Positions 51,134 through 61,915 are shown, numbered from the stretch's first letter. The stretch: DNA of 64,000 nucleotides from Gammaproteobacteria bacterium (GCA_050298595.1 JBNKUM010000009.1:53882-117881); one strand, 5' to 3'. Made by a program: numbers and translations. The notes: a model not told the origin generated them from the sequence alone.

Positions 51134-53575
51134 ATGTCCCAAGACACCGAAGTTAAGATAATGCAAGGCCTGACAAATAGCCAGCAAAGCTGCTTTCATT
51201 GCGGATTACCATTGAATGGTAGTGAACTCACTGTAGAAATAGATCATCAGCAGCAACCCATGTGCTGTGGTGGCTGCCAGGCAGTAGCGGATGCCATTAT
51301 CAAATCTGGCAATGAAGACTATTACCGATTTCGCGAAGAAAAATCTGCTACCGGTCAGGAACTGGTGCCAGAATTTCTGAATAAGATAAAGGTATACGAT
51401 CATCCCGCCGTTCAGCAACAATTTGTTCATAATCAGTCTGAGCACATTAAACAGGTTTCGTTAATCATTGAAGGGATCGTATGCGCAGCCTGTATCTGGT
51501 TGAATGAACAATACCTCAATCAGTTACCCGGTATCACCCAGGTTAGCATCAATTACTCTACCCACCGCGCGAATGTAGAGTGGGATGATACAAAAATTCA
51601 GCTCAGCGATATTCTGCAGGCGATCTCCAGTATTGGTTACCTGGCGCATCCCTACGATCCTGCCACACAACAACAAATCTACGAAAATCAACGTAAACAA
51701 CTGATACGTCAAATCGGTATTGCTGGCTTATTTGGTATGCAAATTATGATGTTTGCACTAGCTCTGTATGGCGGAGACTGGTGGGGTATTAGCGATAGTT
51801 TCAAATCCTTCTTTCGCTGGCTTAGCCTGTTACTGACATTGCCTGTCATCGGTTTTTCCGCACAGCCATTTTTTAAAGGTGCCTGGACCGACATAAAACA
51901 TAAACGTGCTGGAATGGATGTGCCAGTGACATTAGGCATGTCGCTAGCGTTCTGTGCCAGTCTCTACAATACCTGGACAGGGGAATCGGATGTGTATTTT
52001 GACTCTATCGCGATGTTTGTTTTCCTGTTGCTGTCGGTACGGCTTTTTGAATTATCAGCACGTAAGAATGCTGCTGAAAAGATAGAATCTCTGACCAATT
52101 TAACCCCCACCATGACAAACCGCTTAAATGATGATGGCAGCATAGAGGTCGTGCCAACGGTAGAGCTTAAGCTGGATGATCGATTCTTGGTGAAACCTGG
52201 TGAAATTATTCCAACCGATGGTATTTTGCTCTCACCAAATGCGCTGGTAGATGAAGCGTTGCTTACTGGAGAGCAACACGCACTGGCCAAGCAGGCTGGG
52301 GATGTGCTGATTGGAGGTAGCTATAATCTTGAGCAACCGGTGCAATTAAAGGTGCATCAACTGGGTCAGGATACGGTGCTATCCGGGATTAAGCGGCTGA
52401 TAGAAAAGGCCCAGGGATTCAAGCCCAGAGTCGCGCTTATGGCGGACAGGGTAGCAACCGTATTTGTTGGTGTATTGTTACTACTGGTTGCTGTGGCAGG
52501 TATTTACTGGTGGCAGGTAGACCCGCAGCGAATGTTGCCAATACTGGTAGCCACACTTGTTGTCACCTGCCCCTGTGCCTTATCTCTAGCGACCCCCGCC
52601 TCACTGTCGGCAGCCATTGGCTCATTAACACGACATGGTATGTTGGTGGCTCGTTCACACGCGCTGGAAGTCATGCCACAGATAGACACGGTGATATTCG
52701 ATAAAACCGGAACCCTGACCACCGGTGTATTAAGTTTGCAACTTCAGCTCAGCGAAGATGATAGTAAGGCTGTTCTCTATCGTCAGATCGCTCACAGCCT
52801 GGAATTACAGTCAGAGCATCCGGTGGCGCGTGCACTGGTAAGTGCTGAGATAGAAAACCTGCAGGTGGACAACTTCCACAACCTGGCAGGGCAGGGTATA
52901 CGCGGGGATATAGATGGCATTACCTATTATCTCGGCAATCAATCCTATATCGCTGAATTTGCGACGGTCCCGCAACAACAGCTGGATAAACAGTTACAGG
53001 CTGTTCATTTGGCCAAATCAGGTCAATGGTTGGCGAGTTTCTGTTTTTCTGATCCGTTGAAAGATGATGCCATACAAACCGTGCAGCAGCTCCAGGGCAG
53101 CGGAATCGATGTGAGGATTTTGAGTGGTGACCGCTTTGCCTATGTGGAATCCATTGCTCAACAACTGGGGATCAGCCATTTTGATGCTGAACAGTTTCCT
53201 GACGATAAATTGAATGTGATGAAACAGCTGCAATCTGCAGGGCACAAGGTGGCGATGGTTGGTGATGGTATCAACGATGCACCCGTACTCGCCGCTGCAG
53301 ATCTTTCAATTTCGCTATCGGTAGGTACCGATCTGGCAAGAGCTTCATCGGATATGATCATTAATGGTGGTTTGCTATCCCCACTTGGGGATGCCATGCG
53401 AATTACTCGAAAGATGATGTCGATAATTAGACAGAACTTTACCTGGGCGATCACATATAATATTGTTGCTGTTCCTTTCTCCATGGCCGGACTGGTTCAA
53501 CCGTGGCTGGCAGCGATAGGCATGTCGCTGAGTTCATTGTTCGTGGTTTTAAATGCTCTAAGATTGAGAAACTAA
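51134..53575 (+). CDS. ccoI: Copper-translocating P1B-ATPase CcoI/FixI
   Basis: CFHCG...CCGGC, CAACIWL, TGE, CPCALSLA, DKTGTLT, GDGINDAP, YN, MSLSS. Confidence 0.94.
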   Translation: MSQDTEVKIMQGLTNSQQSCFHCGLPLNGSELTVEIDHQQQPMCCGGCQAVADAIIKSGNEDYYRFREEKSATGQELVPEFLNKIKVYDHPAVQQQFVHNQSEHIKQVSLIIEGIVCAACIWLNEQYLNQLPGITQVSINYSTHRANVEWDDTKIQLSDILQAISSIGYLAHPYDPATQQQIYENQRKQLIRQIGIAGLFGMQIMMFALALYGGDWWGISDSFKSFFRWLSLLLTLPVIGFSAQPFFKGAWTDIKHKRAGMDVPVTLGMSLAFCASLYNTWTGESDVYFDSIAMFVFLLLSVRLFELSARKNAAEKIESLTNLTPTMTNRLNDDGSIEVVPTVELKLDDRFLVKPGEIIPTDGILLSPNALVDEALLTGEQHALAKQAGDVLIGGSYNLEQPVQLKVHQLGQDTVLSGIKRLIEKAQGFKPRVALMADRVATVFVGVLLLLVAVAGIYWWQVDPQRMLPILVATLVVTCPCALSLATPASLSAAIGSLTRHGMLVARSHALEVMPQIDTVIFDKTGTLTTGVLSLQLQLSEDDSKAVLYRQIAHSLELQSEHPVARALVSAEIENLQVDNFHNLAGQGIRGDIDGITYYLGNQSYIAEFATVPQQQLDKQLQAVHLAKSGQWLASFCFSDPLKDDAIQTVQQLQGSGIDVRILSGDRFAYVESIAQQLGISHFDAEQFPDDKLNVMKQLQSAGHKVAMVGDGINDAPVLAAADLSISLSVGTDLARASSDMIINGGLLSPLGDAMRITRKMMSIIRQNFTWAITYNIVAVPFSMAGLVQPWLAAIGMSLSSLFVVLNALRLRN

Positions 53576-53576
53576 A

Positions 53577-53780
53577 TTGGAAATCCTTTACCTTTTAATC
53601 CCGCTGGCGATGGTTTTGCTGGTCATTATTGCAGCCTTTTTCTTCTGGTCGGTTAAATCTGGTCAGATGGATGACCTGGAAGGCCCTGCTTATCGAATCC
53701 TGATGGATGATGATCTGCCCAAGCCTGAAAAGAAGCCTGACCCAGAGCAACCAGCGTCGACAAAGGACGAAAAGTCCTGA
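53577..53780 (+). CDS. ccoS: cbb3 oxidase assembly protein CcoS/FixS
   Basis: LYLLIPL...FFWSVKSGQMDDLEGPAYRILMDD. Confidence 0.93.
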   Translation: MEILYLLIPLAMVLLVIIAAFFFWSVKSGQMDDLEGPAYRILMDDDLPKPEKKPDPEQPASTKDEKS

Positions 53781-53783
53781 TTA

Positions 53784-54296
53784 TCAACACTTGCTTTTTA
53801 GATACACATAACTTGCACCGCCACCGCCATGTACAGGTTGTGCCGGGCACCAGGCAAGTACCGCTGGCTGCTCGCTTAACCAATGTTGTACCAGTGGTCT
53901 GAGTACAGGATTATGGTTTGATCCATATCCTTTGCCATGTACGATTAATAGCATTCGGGCCGCATGTTGAAGTGAGTATTGAAGTAATGATTCAAGCTCA
54001 TGTAATGCTTCCTTCTGGCGATAACCATGCAGGTCCAGTGTGGCATCTATGGGGATCTGCGCCAGCTTGATCTTACGTTGGAGTTTTTTCTGTAAGCCAT
54101 GATGAAACCAGCTTTGCAGGGTAGATTCGGGTGTGCTGACAATGCCTGATGCTGAGTTTTTATTAGGCTCAGGGGCTTTGGATAATACACGAGCTGCCTT
54201 CTTTGGTCGATCCTGCTGAGGATCGATACGATCCTGTTTTAGCTTGCGGATTCCTCCGATGGATTCCATAAATCCCGGTTTTTCCTGATTCTTCAT
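53784..54296 (-). CDS. Smr/MutS2-domain endonuclease
   Basis: LDLHG, IVHGKG, GGGGASYV. Confidence 0.9.
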   Translation of the reverse strand: MKNQEKPGFMESIGGIRKLKQDRIDPQQDRPKKAARVLSKAPEPNKNSASGIVSTPESTLQSWFHHGLQKKLQRKIKLAQIPIDATLDLHGYRQKEALHELESLLQYSLQHAARMLLIVHGKGYGSNHNPVLRPLVQHWLSEQPAVLAWCPAQPVHGGGGASYVYLKSKC

Positions 54297-54506
54297 GATT
54301 TAGTTGGTTGAAGCTTAGTTATTTTGCATGATAGAGCAAAATAATTCCTGCGTCCCTCTAATATGGTTTATCATTCTGCGCTGGAAATTCAGGTCAACGC
54401 AGTTCTCTTTGGACGCGATTTCCCGAACATAATCTCTGTTATAATCCCAAAGTTTTAAAATTAGGTCTGACCATTTTTGGCGGCCAGCGAAAAAATTGTC
54501 AGTTAA

Positions 54507-55268
54507 ATGCATATTTTAATCAGTAATGACGACGGTTACCTGGCACCGGGTCTACAAACTATACAACAGGAACTGGAAAAGATTGCCCAGGTGACAGTGG
54601 TTGCGCCTGATCGCAATCGAAGTGGTGCGAGTAACTCACTGACCCTGCAAAGGCCATTGCGTGCCGAAATGACACCTCAGGGATACTACAAGGTGGATGG
54701 CACACCTACAGATTGTGTGCACCTGGCCCTTACCGGGTTACTGGAACAGGAACCTGATATGGTTGTTTCCGGGATCAATTCAGGTGCCAACCTGGGTGAT
54801 GATGTGATCTATTCAGGTACGGTTGCCGCCGCCACCGAAGGGCGCTTTCTGGGGCTCCCTGCTATCGCAGTCTCCTTAGCCAGTTATACTGATCACATGT
54901 TTGAAACCGCAGCCATCGCTACGCGCAAAATCGTCGAACATCTAATCAAGCATCCTCTGGCCGATGACACTATTCTCAATATCAATGTGCCGAATAAGGC
55001 CTGGACAGAAATTAAAGGGTTTAAATCAACTCGCCTGGGGTTTCGCCATCGCGCCGAATCCGCAGTGCGTCAACAGGATCCTTATGGTCATGATGTTTTT
55101 TGGGTGGGCCCTCCCGGTTCAGCTCAGGATGCGGGTCTGGGTACCGACTTTTATGCCGTAGACAATGATTATGTATCTGTGACCCCTTTACAGATTGACT
55201 TAACCCGTCACGAAGGTGTGAAACCTTTGGCTACATGGTTGAGTGAGCTTGATAAAAATGAAGAATAA
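54507..55268 (+). CDS. surE: 5'/3'-nucleotidase SurE
   Basis: SNDDG, NRSGASNSLT, GTPTDCV, GINSGANLGDDVIYSGT. Confidence 0.97.
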   Translation: MHILISNDDGYLAPGLQTIQQELEKIAQVTVVAPDRNRSGASNSLTLQRPLRAEMTPQGYYKVDGTPTDCVHLALTGLLEQEPDMVVSGINSGANLGDDVIYSGTVAAATEGRFLGLPAIAVSLASYTDHMFETAAIATRKIVEHLIKHPLADDTILNINVPNKAWTEIKGFKSTRLGFRHRAESAVRQQDPYGHDVFWVGPPGSAQDAGLGTDFYAVDNDYVSVTPLQIDLTRHEGVKPLATWLSELDKNEE

Positions 55269-55935
55269 TCTTTCTAACAGTCAGCTACGGGGCATAGGTA
55301 TGACCTCACAGCGTACGCGAGACAGATTGATTGAGCGCTTGAGGCAACAGGGAATAGACAATCAAAAAGTGCTGGAAGTGATACGCAATACGCCTCGCCA
55401 TCTGTTTGTTGATGAAGCCATTTCGCATCGCGCCTATGAAGATACAGCATTACCAATTGGTTTTGGGCAAACCATATCACAACCTTATATCGTGGCTCGT
55501 ATGACGTCTATGCTGGTGGAAACTGGCAATCCTTCTTCAGTACTTGAAATCGGTACCGGTTGCGGTTATCAAACGGCTGTTCTGGCACAGTTATTTCCTC
55601 AGGTTTATAGTGTTGAACGTATTGGAGGTTTACTTCAACAGGCCAAAAATCGTCTAAAAAGTCTGGAGTTTTATAACGTAGAACTCAGGCATACTGATGG
55701 CAATGGTGGTTGGCCGAATATCAATTACCACTTCGACCGCATCATCATGACAGCAGCCTGTAAGGATGTGCCTTTAAAATTACTGGATCAGTTAAATCAG
55801 CGTGGGTTTATGGTTCTTCCATACGATAATGGGGAAGAACAGATATTACTCAAAATAACCCGTATTGAAGATGAGTATAAAACAGAGGCTTTTGAGCAGG
55901 TATCTTTTGTCCCACTATTACCAGGCGTTAGTTAA
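55258..55935 (+). CDS. pcm: Protein-L-isoaspartate O-methyltransferase
   Basis: AYEDTALPIGFGQTISQP, VLEIGTGCGYQ, FVPL; start uncertain (55258 or 55300). Confidence 0.95.
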   Translation: MKNNLSNSQLRGIGMTSQRTRDRLIERLRQQGIDNQKVLEVIRNTPRHLFVDEAISHRAYEDTALPIGFGQTISQPYIVARMTSMLVETGNPSSVLEIGTGCGYQTAVLAQLFPQVYSVERIGGLLQQAKNRLKSLEFYNVELRHTDGNGGWPNINYHFDRIIMTAACKDVPLKLLDQLNQRGFMVLPYDNGEEQILLKITRIEDEYKTEAFEQVSFVPLLPGVS

Positions 55936-55941
55936 AAAACG

Positions 55942-56526
55942 ATGAAACTTTTCGAAAATCTCTACAATTCAGTGATAACTGCAGCAAGCAGCCCTAAAGC
56001 TCCAGTCGTTTTAACGTTTCTCAGCTTTGTTGAATCCTTTATTCTGCCTTTTCCTCCACCGGATGTCATGTTGGCCCCAATGTCTTTGGCAAAGCCTAAA
56101 AGTGCACTGTTTTTTGCGACTTTGACACTCATCGCTTCTTTAATTGGAGGTATTGTCGGATATTTGATCGGAGCCTATGGGTTTGACCTGGTCGAGCCTT
56201 ATATCCAGCAATGGGGTTATCAGGTGGTTTTTGACCGGGCAGTGGAGTGGTTTAAGGTATGGGGGTTCTGGGCGGTGCTGGTCGCTGGGTTCTCGCCGGT
56301 TCCCTATAAAATATTCACCATATCAGCTGGCTTGCTTAGTCTGGCATTTGTTCCTTTTATGCTGGCTTCATTTATTGGTCGCGGTGCCAGGTTTTTTGTA
56401 GTCGCTCTGATACTGGCTCATTTTGGCCCTGCTATCGAAAAGCGATTGATGCGCTATATCGAATATATTGGTTGGGCCATAGTCATATTACTATGCATAG
56501 CTATTCTGTATTACAGCTTTTTCTAA
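55942..56526 (+). CDS. YqaA/DedA-family membrane protein
   Basis: ESFILPFPPPD, FSPVPYK, GRGARFF. Confidence 0.88.
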   Translation: MKLFENLYNSVITAASSPKAPVVLTFLSFVESFILPFPPPDVMLAPMSLAKPKSALFFATLTLIASLIGGIVGYLIGAYGFDLVEPYIQQWGYQVVFDRAVEWFKVWGFWAVLVAGFSPVPYKIFTISAGLLSLAFVPFMLASFIGRGARFFVVALILAHFGPAIEKRLMRYIEYIGWAIVILLCIAILYYSFF

Positions 56527-56537
56527 ACGCTATAACG

Positions 56538-57275
56538 TTGCGTAAGCTGTATCACGCTACGCTTTTTATAGCGCTGTGTGGTTGTGCGTCAAACCATCCC
56601 TATCACGCCAAAGGACCTGGTTGGTATCTGGTGAAACCAACGGATACGCTGTATTCGATTTCATGGAGATATGGCCTGGATTATCATGATATTGCACGTT
56701 GGAATGGATTGAATGATGAATACCTGATTTTTCCTGGGCAGCAGTTGATTCTGATCGAGCCAGATAGAATTCCAGATCAACAAGTAGCAACAGCGACCAG
56801 TGATAGTGAAATCACACAAGTGTCAACCCAAAAACCGGCGGTAGCGACTCCTCTCCCTAATCCAGAAAAGATCACCAGTAATCCATCCATAGACAGCAAT
56901 AAGAATATAAAGTGGAGCTGGCCAACCGATGGAAAAGTTAAAAATTACTTTTCAATTAAAAATCTGGATCGACGTGGTATTGATATTGCAGGTAAAATAG
57001 GGCAACCTGTGTATGCAGTTGCAGCAGGGAAGGTGGTATATAGCGGTACTGGTTTAGCAGGATATGGTAATTTGATCATTATTAAGCATAATGACACCTT
57101 TTTAAGTGCATATGCCTACAATCGAAACCGGCTTGTAGCGGAAGGTATGCAGGTAAAACAGGGGGGACTTATTGCTGAAATGGGTCAGGACAAAGAAAAT
57201 AAACCCGTATTGCATTTTCAGATTCGAAAGAAAGGTAAACCAGTAGATCCTTTGAGCTACTTACCCGAACTATAA
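56538..57275 (+). CDS. nlpD: LysM/M23 lipoprotein NlpD
   Basis: Lipobox LCGC, LysM (DTLYSI), [15 protein letters not shown]; TTG start inferred. Confidence 0.9.
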   Translation: MRKLYHATLFIALCGCASNHPYHAKGPGWYLVKPTDTLYSISWRYGLDYHDIARWNGLNDEYLIFPGQQLILIEPDRIPDQQVATATSDSEITQVSTQKPAVATPLPNPEKITSNPSIDSNKNIKWSWPTDGKVKNYFSIKNLDRRGIDIAGKIGQPVYAVAAGKVVYSGTGLAGYGNLIIIKHNDTFLSAYAYNRNRLVAEGMQVKQGGLIAEMGQDKENKPVLHFQIRKKGKPVDPLSYLPEL

Positions 57276-58369
57276 TGGTTAAAAAAAAGAAAACTAAAAT
57301 CATGACTAAATCAAACGATCCTACATTGATTGATGATACCGAAATTCCTGCTGAAGATATTTCTGAATCTATGGTTGAAGAAAAGGGAGAACAGGATGAT
57401 CTGGTCGATATAACTGCCTTAGGTGGTGAACTTGATAGCGATGATGAGATTGAACTGCAGGTTAACGAGGTTGCTGAAGGCTTTGTCGAGCGTCGTCGTC
57501 CAGAAGATAGACGTAGGCCATTAAACCGTCGTTCTACTGATGCAGATCCTACCAGGATGTACCTGAGTGAGATAGAAGTCTCACCGCTGTTAACGGCTGA
57601 AGAAGAAGTTCATTATTCGCGCCTGGCACAAAAAGGTGACCACACTGCGCGAGATAAAATGATTGAGTGCAATCTTCGTCTAGTAGTCAAGATTGCGCGT
57701 CGTTATATGAACCGAGGTCTGCCTTTACTTGATTTAATCGAAGAGGGTAATCTGGGTCTCATCCGAGCTGTAGAAAAATTCGATCCGGAACGAGGCTTTC
57801 GTTTCTCAACCTATGCCACCTGGTGGATACGCCAGACCATTGAACGTGGCTTAATGAATCAAACCCGAACCATTCGATTACCCATTCATGTCATTAAAGA
57901 ATTAAACACCTATCTACGCGCTGCTAGACAGTTGACTCAGGATATGAAGCAGGAAGCGACAGCTGAAGATGTCGCCAGGTTACTCCACAAACCCATAGCA
58001 GACGTTGAGAAAATGCTCGGGCTTGCTGATCGAGTAGCCTCTTTTGATACTCCGATGTCAGGTGATGGAGAACGGCCATTGCTGGATATCATTCCCGATG
58101 ATAATAATCCTGACCCTTCAAGTATTTTGCAGGACGAATCGGTTATGGAACATCTGGATACCTGGCTGGATGAGCTAGATCCAAAGCAGCGCGAAGTGGT
58201 GGTCAGACGTTTTGGTTTACGCAATCATCCCAGAGGTACTCTGGAAGAGGTTGGGAAGGAGCTGGGTGTAACACGCGAACGAGTTCGTCAGGTACAGATG
58301 GATGCGTTAAGACGTTTACGGCGTATTCTGGAAAATAGTGGATACTCGCGCGAAAATATTCTGCAGTAA
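57275..58369 (+). CDS. rpoS: RNA polymerase sigma factor RpoS
   Basis: [50 protein letters not shown]; follows nlpD. Confidence 0.95.
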   Translation: MVKKKKTKIMTKSNDPTLIDDTEIPAEDISESMVEEKGEQDDLVDITALGGELDSDDEIELQVNEVAEGFVERRRPEDRRRPLNRRSTDADPTRMYLSEIEVSPLLTAEEEVHYSRLAQKGDHTARDKMIECNLRLVVKIARRYMNRGLPLLDLIEEGNLGLIRAVEKFDPERGFRFSTYATWWIRQTIERGLMNQTRTIRLPIHVIKELNTYLRAARQLTQDMKQEATAEDVARLLHKPIADVEKMLGLADRVASFDTPMSGDGERPLLDIIPDDNNPDPSSILQDESVMEHLDTWLDELDPKQREVVVRRFGLRNHPRGTLEEVGKELGVTRERVRQVQMDALRRLRRILENSGYSRENILQ

Positions 58370-58387
58370 TTATAGGTTTACCAGATA

Positions 58388-58410
58388 GTGATTTGAATTA
58401 ATCAAATCAC
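58388..58410. terminator. Inverted repeat after rpoS (possible terminator)
   Basis: GTGATTTGA-attaa-TCAAATCAC; no clear U tract. Confidence 0.4.
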
Positions 58411-58997
58411 AACTCCTAATCAGAGCTTCTCATTTTCAACCAGTTTTGGGTAGCATACAAGTTTTGAACTTCATGCCATTTACGGGAAAAACAAACTCTT
58501 AAAATTTACTAACGAGTGAGTTTGCGAAATAAAACAATACAACACAAAATACTCAGGAAGAATATCCATGTGGTTGGGCTGATACTGTAAATCCGACTGA
58601 TTATTGACTCAAAAATCGTATCCATAGAAATGCTCCGATACAAAACAAAATAATTAACTGATCTGAAATATGTAGGAGTAAACCTGCAATTGCAACGCAT
58701 AAAGTAGGGTTATGTGATCAGGGTCACCAGTTCTAGAAAAAATATTTTAAATCAAGTACTTATATTTAAAGTTTGAGTTGGGAGATGTAATTAATCGATG
58801 TCAATAAGAGGTAAGTTGCTGTCATTGCATTGATAAATGTCATACATGGCTCAAAGAGTATGCAGTTACCCATAGAGGCTGTGTTATTGGTTGACCTTGT
58901 GTTGATATTTGTCATGCTAAGGCTCAAAAAAACATCAGGTTGCTGCTTTTGGATTGAAGCGCTTATTGTTTGTATATGACGGTATTGTGAGGGGAAG

Positions 58998-60962
58998 TTA
59001 TTTCGGATGGTAACTGCACACCCTGTTGCGGCCCTCACTTTTGGCCTGGTATAGAGACTGATCGGCCTGATTGAGCAATATGTCGATGTTATCGCTCTCG
59101 TTGTTCAGGGTTGCAACCCCGAAAGAAGCAGTAAAATGAAATGGTTCTACTGCACCGGGTTCCATCTTTGTAGAGGCTATGGCAGCACGCATACGTTTGG
59201 CAGCCTGTCTCGCTTGTTCTATTCCTGTATCAGGCATTAGTACGGCAAACTCTTCGCCACCAATCCTGGCCACAATGTCTAAATCGCGTATAGTAGAGAG
59301 ACAGAGTCCCGCTAGCTGTTTTAGCACTGTGTCACCTATCTTGTGTCCATAGCTGTCGTTGATTTTTTTGAAATGATCAATATCCAGCATAATAATTGAC
59401 AGTTTTCCTCCATGTCGATGTACTCGTTTAAGTTCTTTTTCTGCCTGTTCCAGAAAATAGCGACGATTAGCCAGATTGGTCAGATAATCCGAGTAGGCAC
59501 GACGTTCCAGCTCATCGCGGGTATATCGGTTTTCTATGGCGATACCAGCGAGGTTTGCAGCGAAGCTTAAACGTTTGATGTCATCAGTAAGCGGACTTTT
59601 AGGTTCAGTATGGTATACGGCAAATGTGCCTAGAACCTTACCCTGTGAGGAAATGATGGGTTCTGACCAGCATGCACCCAGGTTGGCCTGCTTTGCCAGT
59701 TGGGTATAGGGTTTCCAGTAATCATGAGTCTGGATATCTTCAACGATTACACGCTTCCCCAGATACGCTGCGGTACCGCAGGACCCTTTACCTATGCCTA
59801 TCTCGAGTCCATCAACAGCCTGGTTATAAAACTCCGGTAAATTGGGAGCAGCGCCATTGTGTAGATGCTTGCCATCTGAGTCCAGCAATAGAATGCTGCA
59901 TTTCAGGGACATATCTTCGTGCTCTATCTGTAGCACAATGGCATTCAGTATTTCAGGTAAGCCAGCTCCTCGCGCCACTTTTTCAAGTATTGCATCGCGT
60001 GCCTGTGTGCGTTTCTCCAGCTGCCAGCGTTCGGTAATGTCAGAGAAACTGATTAATCTACGTCGGCCAACCCAGGTGGGATGTATGATGATTCGACGGA
60101 TGTCTCCATTTTTGCATGTTATGTCTGTTTCGAGTTCAGGTGGAAGAGAGCCGTTATCTCGAGCCTTGTTTACCTGCTCACTCCATTCACGGACCACGCT
60201 GTCGCGGTAGAGTGCATCGGGATGGGCTACTCGATACCAGGATTCAAGATCCGGTAAATCATCCAGTGTGTAGCCGAATAACTCGGTGAACATGTGGTTG
60301 ATATACTCGATGCGTTTTTCGTCATTGGACCAGCCGATAGCGACCGGGGAGAAGTTCAGGATATCTTCCAGTTGAATGCGTCTTTCAGTGTGTTCGCTGA
60401 GATCCTTCTCCAGTGAGTTCTGGCGGATTCTGGCAAGTCCACTGGCCACTAGCATTTTTGCTATTTCGACCATGACTGCCATATGAGACTCAATGCGTTC
60501 CTTGCTTATTACGGGGATAGCTGCGATAGAATCCAGATAGGCTTTCTCATCAAAGCCAAATCGTTCTGCCTGGGCCTTGAAAAAGGCCATATCCGGGGGT
60601 GTGTGTAGTACCTGCCCGAGAAACAGGGTCGCCAGTTGCTGTCCTTCGATGATCACTGGAGTCGCGTAGTCCATCAAGCCATTTTTACATAACCCACCGG
60701 CTACGTGACCTTCACTAAGATTACTCATAATAATCAGATTGCTTTCACGACATAGCTTTTCTGCTTCAGGCTGACAACGATGAAATTGTGAACAGACGTT
60801 ATCCCCACTGGAGAGGGATAATAATTCACCGTTTGCTTCTACTACACCATTAGGTATACCAGTAGCCTGGAAGAAACTCTCCAGCATGCGAGCGAATGCA
60901 GGCATATCAACAAGATCGCGAAAGCAATAAGTGGTATTATTTTCTGTAGAAACTGAATTCAT
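58998..60962 (-). CDS. Diguanylate cyclase with PocR, PAS and GAF domains
   Basis: PocR Cys pattern (C..FHR...C...CKNGL.DYA.PV), PAS, GAF (GSCGTAA, ACWSEPI), RDLD I-site, GGEEF. Confidence 0.92.
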   Translation of the reverse strand: MNSVSTENNTTYCFRDLVDMPAFARMLESFFQATGIPNGVVEANGELLSLSSGDNVCSQFHRCQPEAEKLCRESNLIIMSNLSEGHVAGGLCKNGLMDYATPVIIEGQQLATLFLGQVLHTPPDMAFFKAQAERFGFDEKAYLDSIAAIPVISKERIESHMAVMVEIAKMLVASGLARIRQNSLEKDLSEHTERRIQLEDILNFSPVAIGWSNDEKRIEYINHMFTELFGYTLDDLPDLESWYRVAHPDALYRDSVVREWSEQVNKARDNGSLPPELETDITCKNGDIRRIIIHPTWVGRRRLISFSDITERWQLEKRTQARDAILEKVARGAGLPEILNAIVLQIEHEDMSLKCSILLLDSDGKHLHNGAAPNLPEFYNQAVDGLEIGIGKGSCGTAAYLGKRVIVEDIQTHDYWKPYTQLAKQANLGACWSEPIISSQGKVLGTFAVYHTEPKSPLTDDIKRLSFAANLAGIAIENRYTRDELERRAYSDYLTNLANRRYFLEQAEKELKRVHRHGGKLSIIMLDIDHFKKINDSYGHKIGDTVLKQLAGLCLSTIRDLDIVARIGGEEFAVLMPDTGIEQARQAAKRMRAAIASTKMEPGAVEPFHFTASFGVATLNNESDNIDILLNQADQSLYQAKSEGRNRVCSYHPK

Positions 60963-61081
60963 GGTAGCTTCTAAAAAGTTAAATTCTACAGACTTCATTT
61001 TAGCAGGTCGTGGGGGTAGTAACCGCTGGTAGCAGGTGGAATTTAGACCCCAATCAAAGAAATGTCGATATAAGGGGATAC

Positions 61082-61107
61082 TCTAGGGCCTGTTAACAGG
61101 CCCTAGA
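61082..61107. repeat. 26-bp perfect palindrome, possible IS/MITE footprint
   Basis: TCTAGGGCCTGTTAACAGGCCCTAGA equals its own reverse complement. Confidence 0.8.
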
Positions 61108-61915
61108 ATACTGACGAGCTGAGTTCATTGATCGCTGCCAGCATTTCGCTATCATCGGTTAGTGTTTGCGAAATAGAACTGGTGCAGGCGCTCACAGGAT
61201 CGATACCACTATTAATCAACTTGCCTGCATGGACTAGCAGGCGGGTGCTTGCACCCTCATCCAGACCACTGCCTTTGAGGTTACGTGTAAGACGAGCAAA
61301 TTTCACCAGTTGTTTTGCTGTTTGAGTGTCCAGGCCAGCTTCTGTTTCAACGATCTTCTGTTCAATCGCCGCATGCGGATAATCAAATTCAAGGCTGATA
61401 AAGCGCTGTCGGGTGCTTTGTTTTAAATCCTTTAATACTGATTGATAGCCAGGATTATAAGAGATCGCCATACAGAATTCGTCGGGAGCCTGTAGCATTT
61501 CACCCAGCTTTTCCATCGGTAACACACGCCGGTCATCAGCCAAGGGATGGATCACCACGGTGGTATCTGAGCGTGCTTCAACAATTTCATCCAGATAACA
61601 GATTGCTCCAGCTCGCACCGCTGCAGCTAACGGACCATCAATCCATACCGTTTGATTGTCGGTAATCAGATAACGTCCAATCAGATCAGAGGCGGTCAGG
61701 TCATCGTGACAGGACACCGTAATCAATGGCCTTTTCAGGCGCCAGGCCATGTGTTCCATAAAGCGAGTCTTGCCACATCCGGTGGGACCTTTGAGCGAAA
61801 TAGGGAGTTTGTTGTGATATGCAGCCTGAAAGATTTCTATCTCATTGGTGATAGGCTCATAATAAGGTTCTTCGGTGATAAAGTTTTCGCTCGGTTTAAG
61901 CACTTTCGCCAGCAT
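61103..61915 (-). CDS. CbbQ/NirQ/NorQ-family MoxR AAA+ ATPase
   Basis: [50 protein letters not shown]. Confidence 0.93.
   Translation of the reverse strand: MLAKVLKPSENFITEEPYYEPITNEIEIFQAAYHNKLPISLKGPTGCGKTRFMEHMAWRLKRPLITVSCHDDLTASDLIGRYLITDNQTVWIDGPLAAAVRAGAICYLDEIVEARSDTTVVIHPLADDRRVLPMEKLGEMLQAPDEFCMAISYNPGYQSVLKDLKQSTRQRFISLEFDYPHAAIEQKIVETEAGLDTQTAKQLVKFARLTRNLKGSGLDEGASTRLLVHAGKLINSGIDPVSACTSSISQTLTDDSEMLAAINELSSSVF

Noticed and set aside
58766-59038. 90-aa and 63-aa minus-strand ORFs downstream of the cyclase gene
   Set aside because: No recognisable motifs, atypical composition, no RBS
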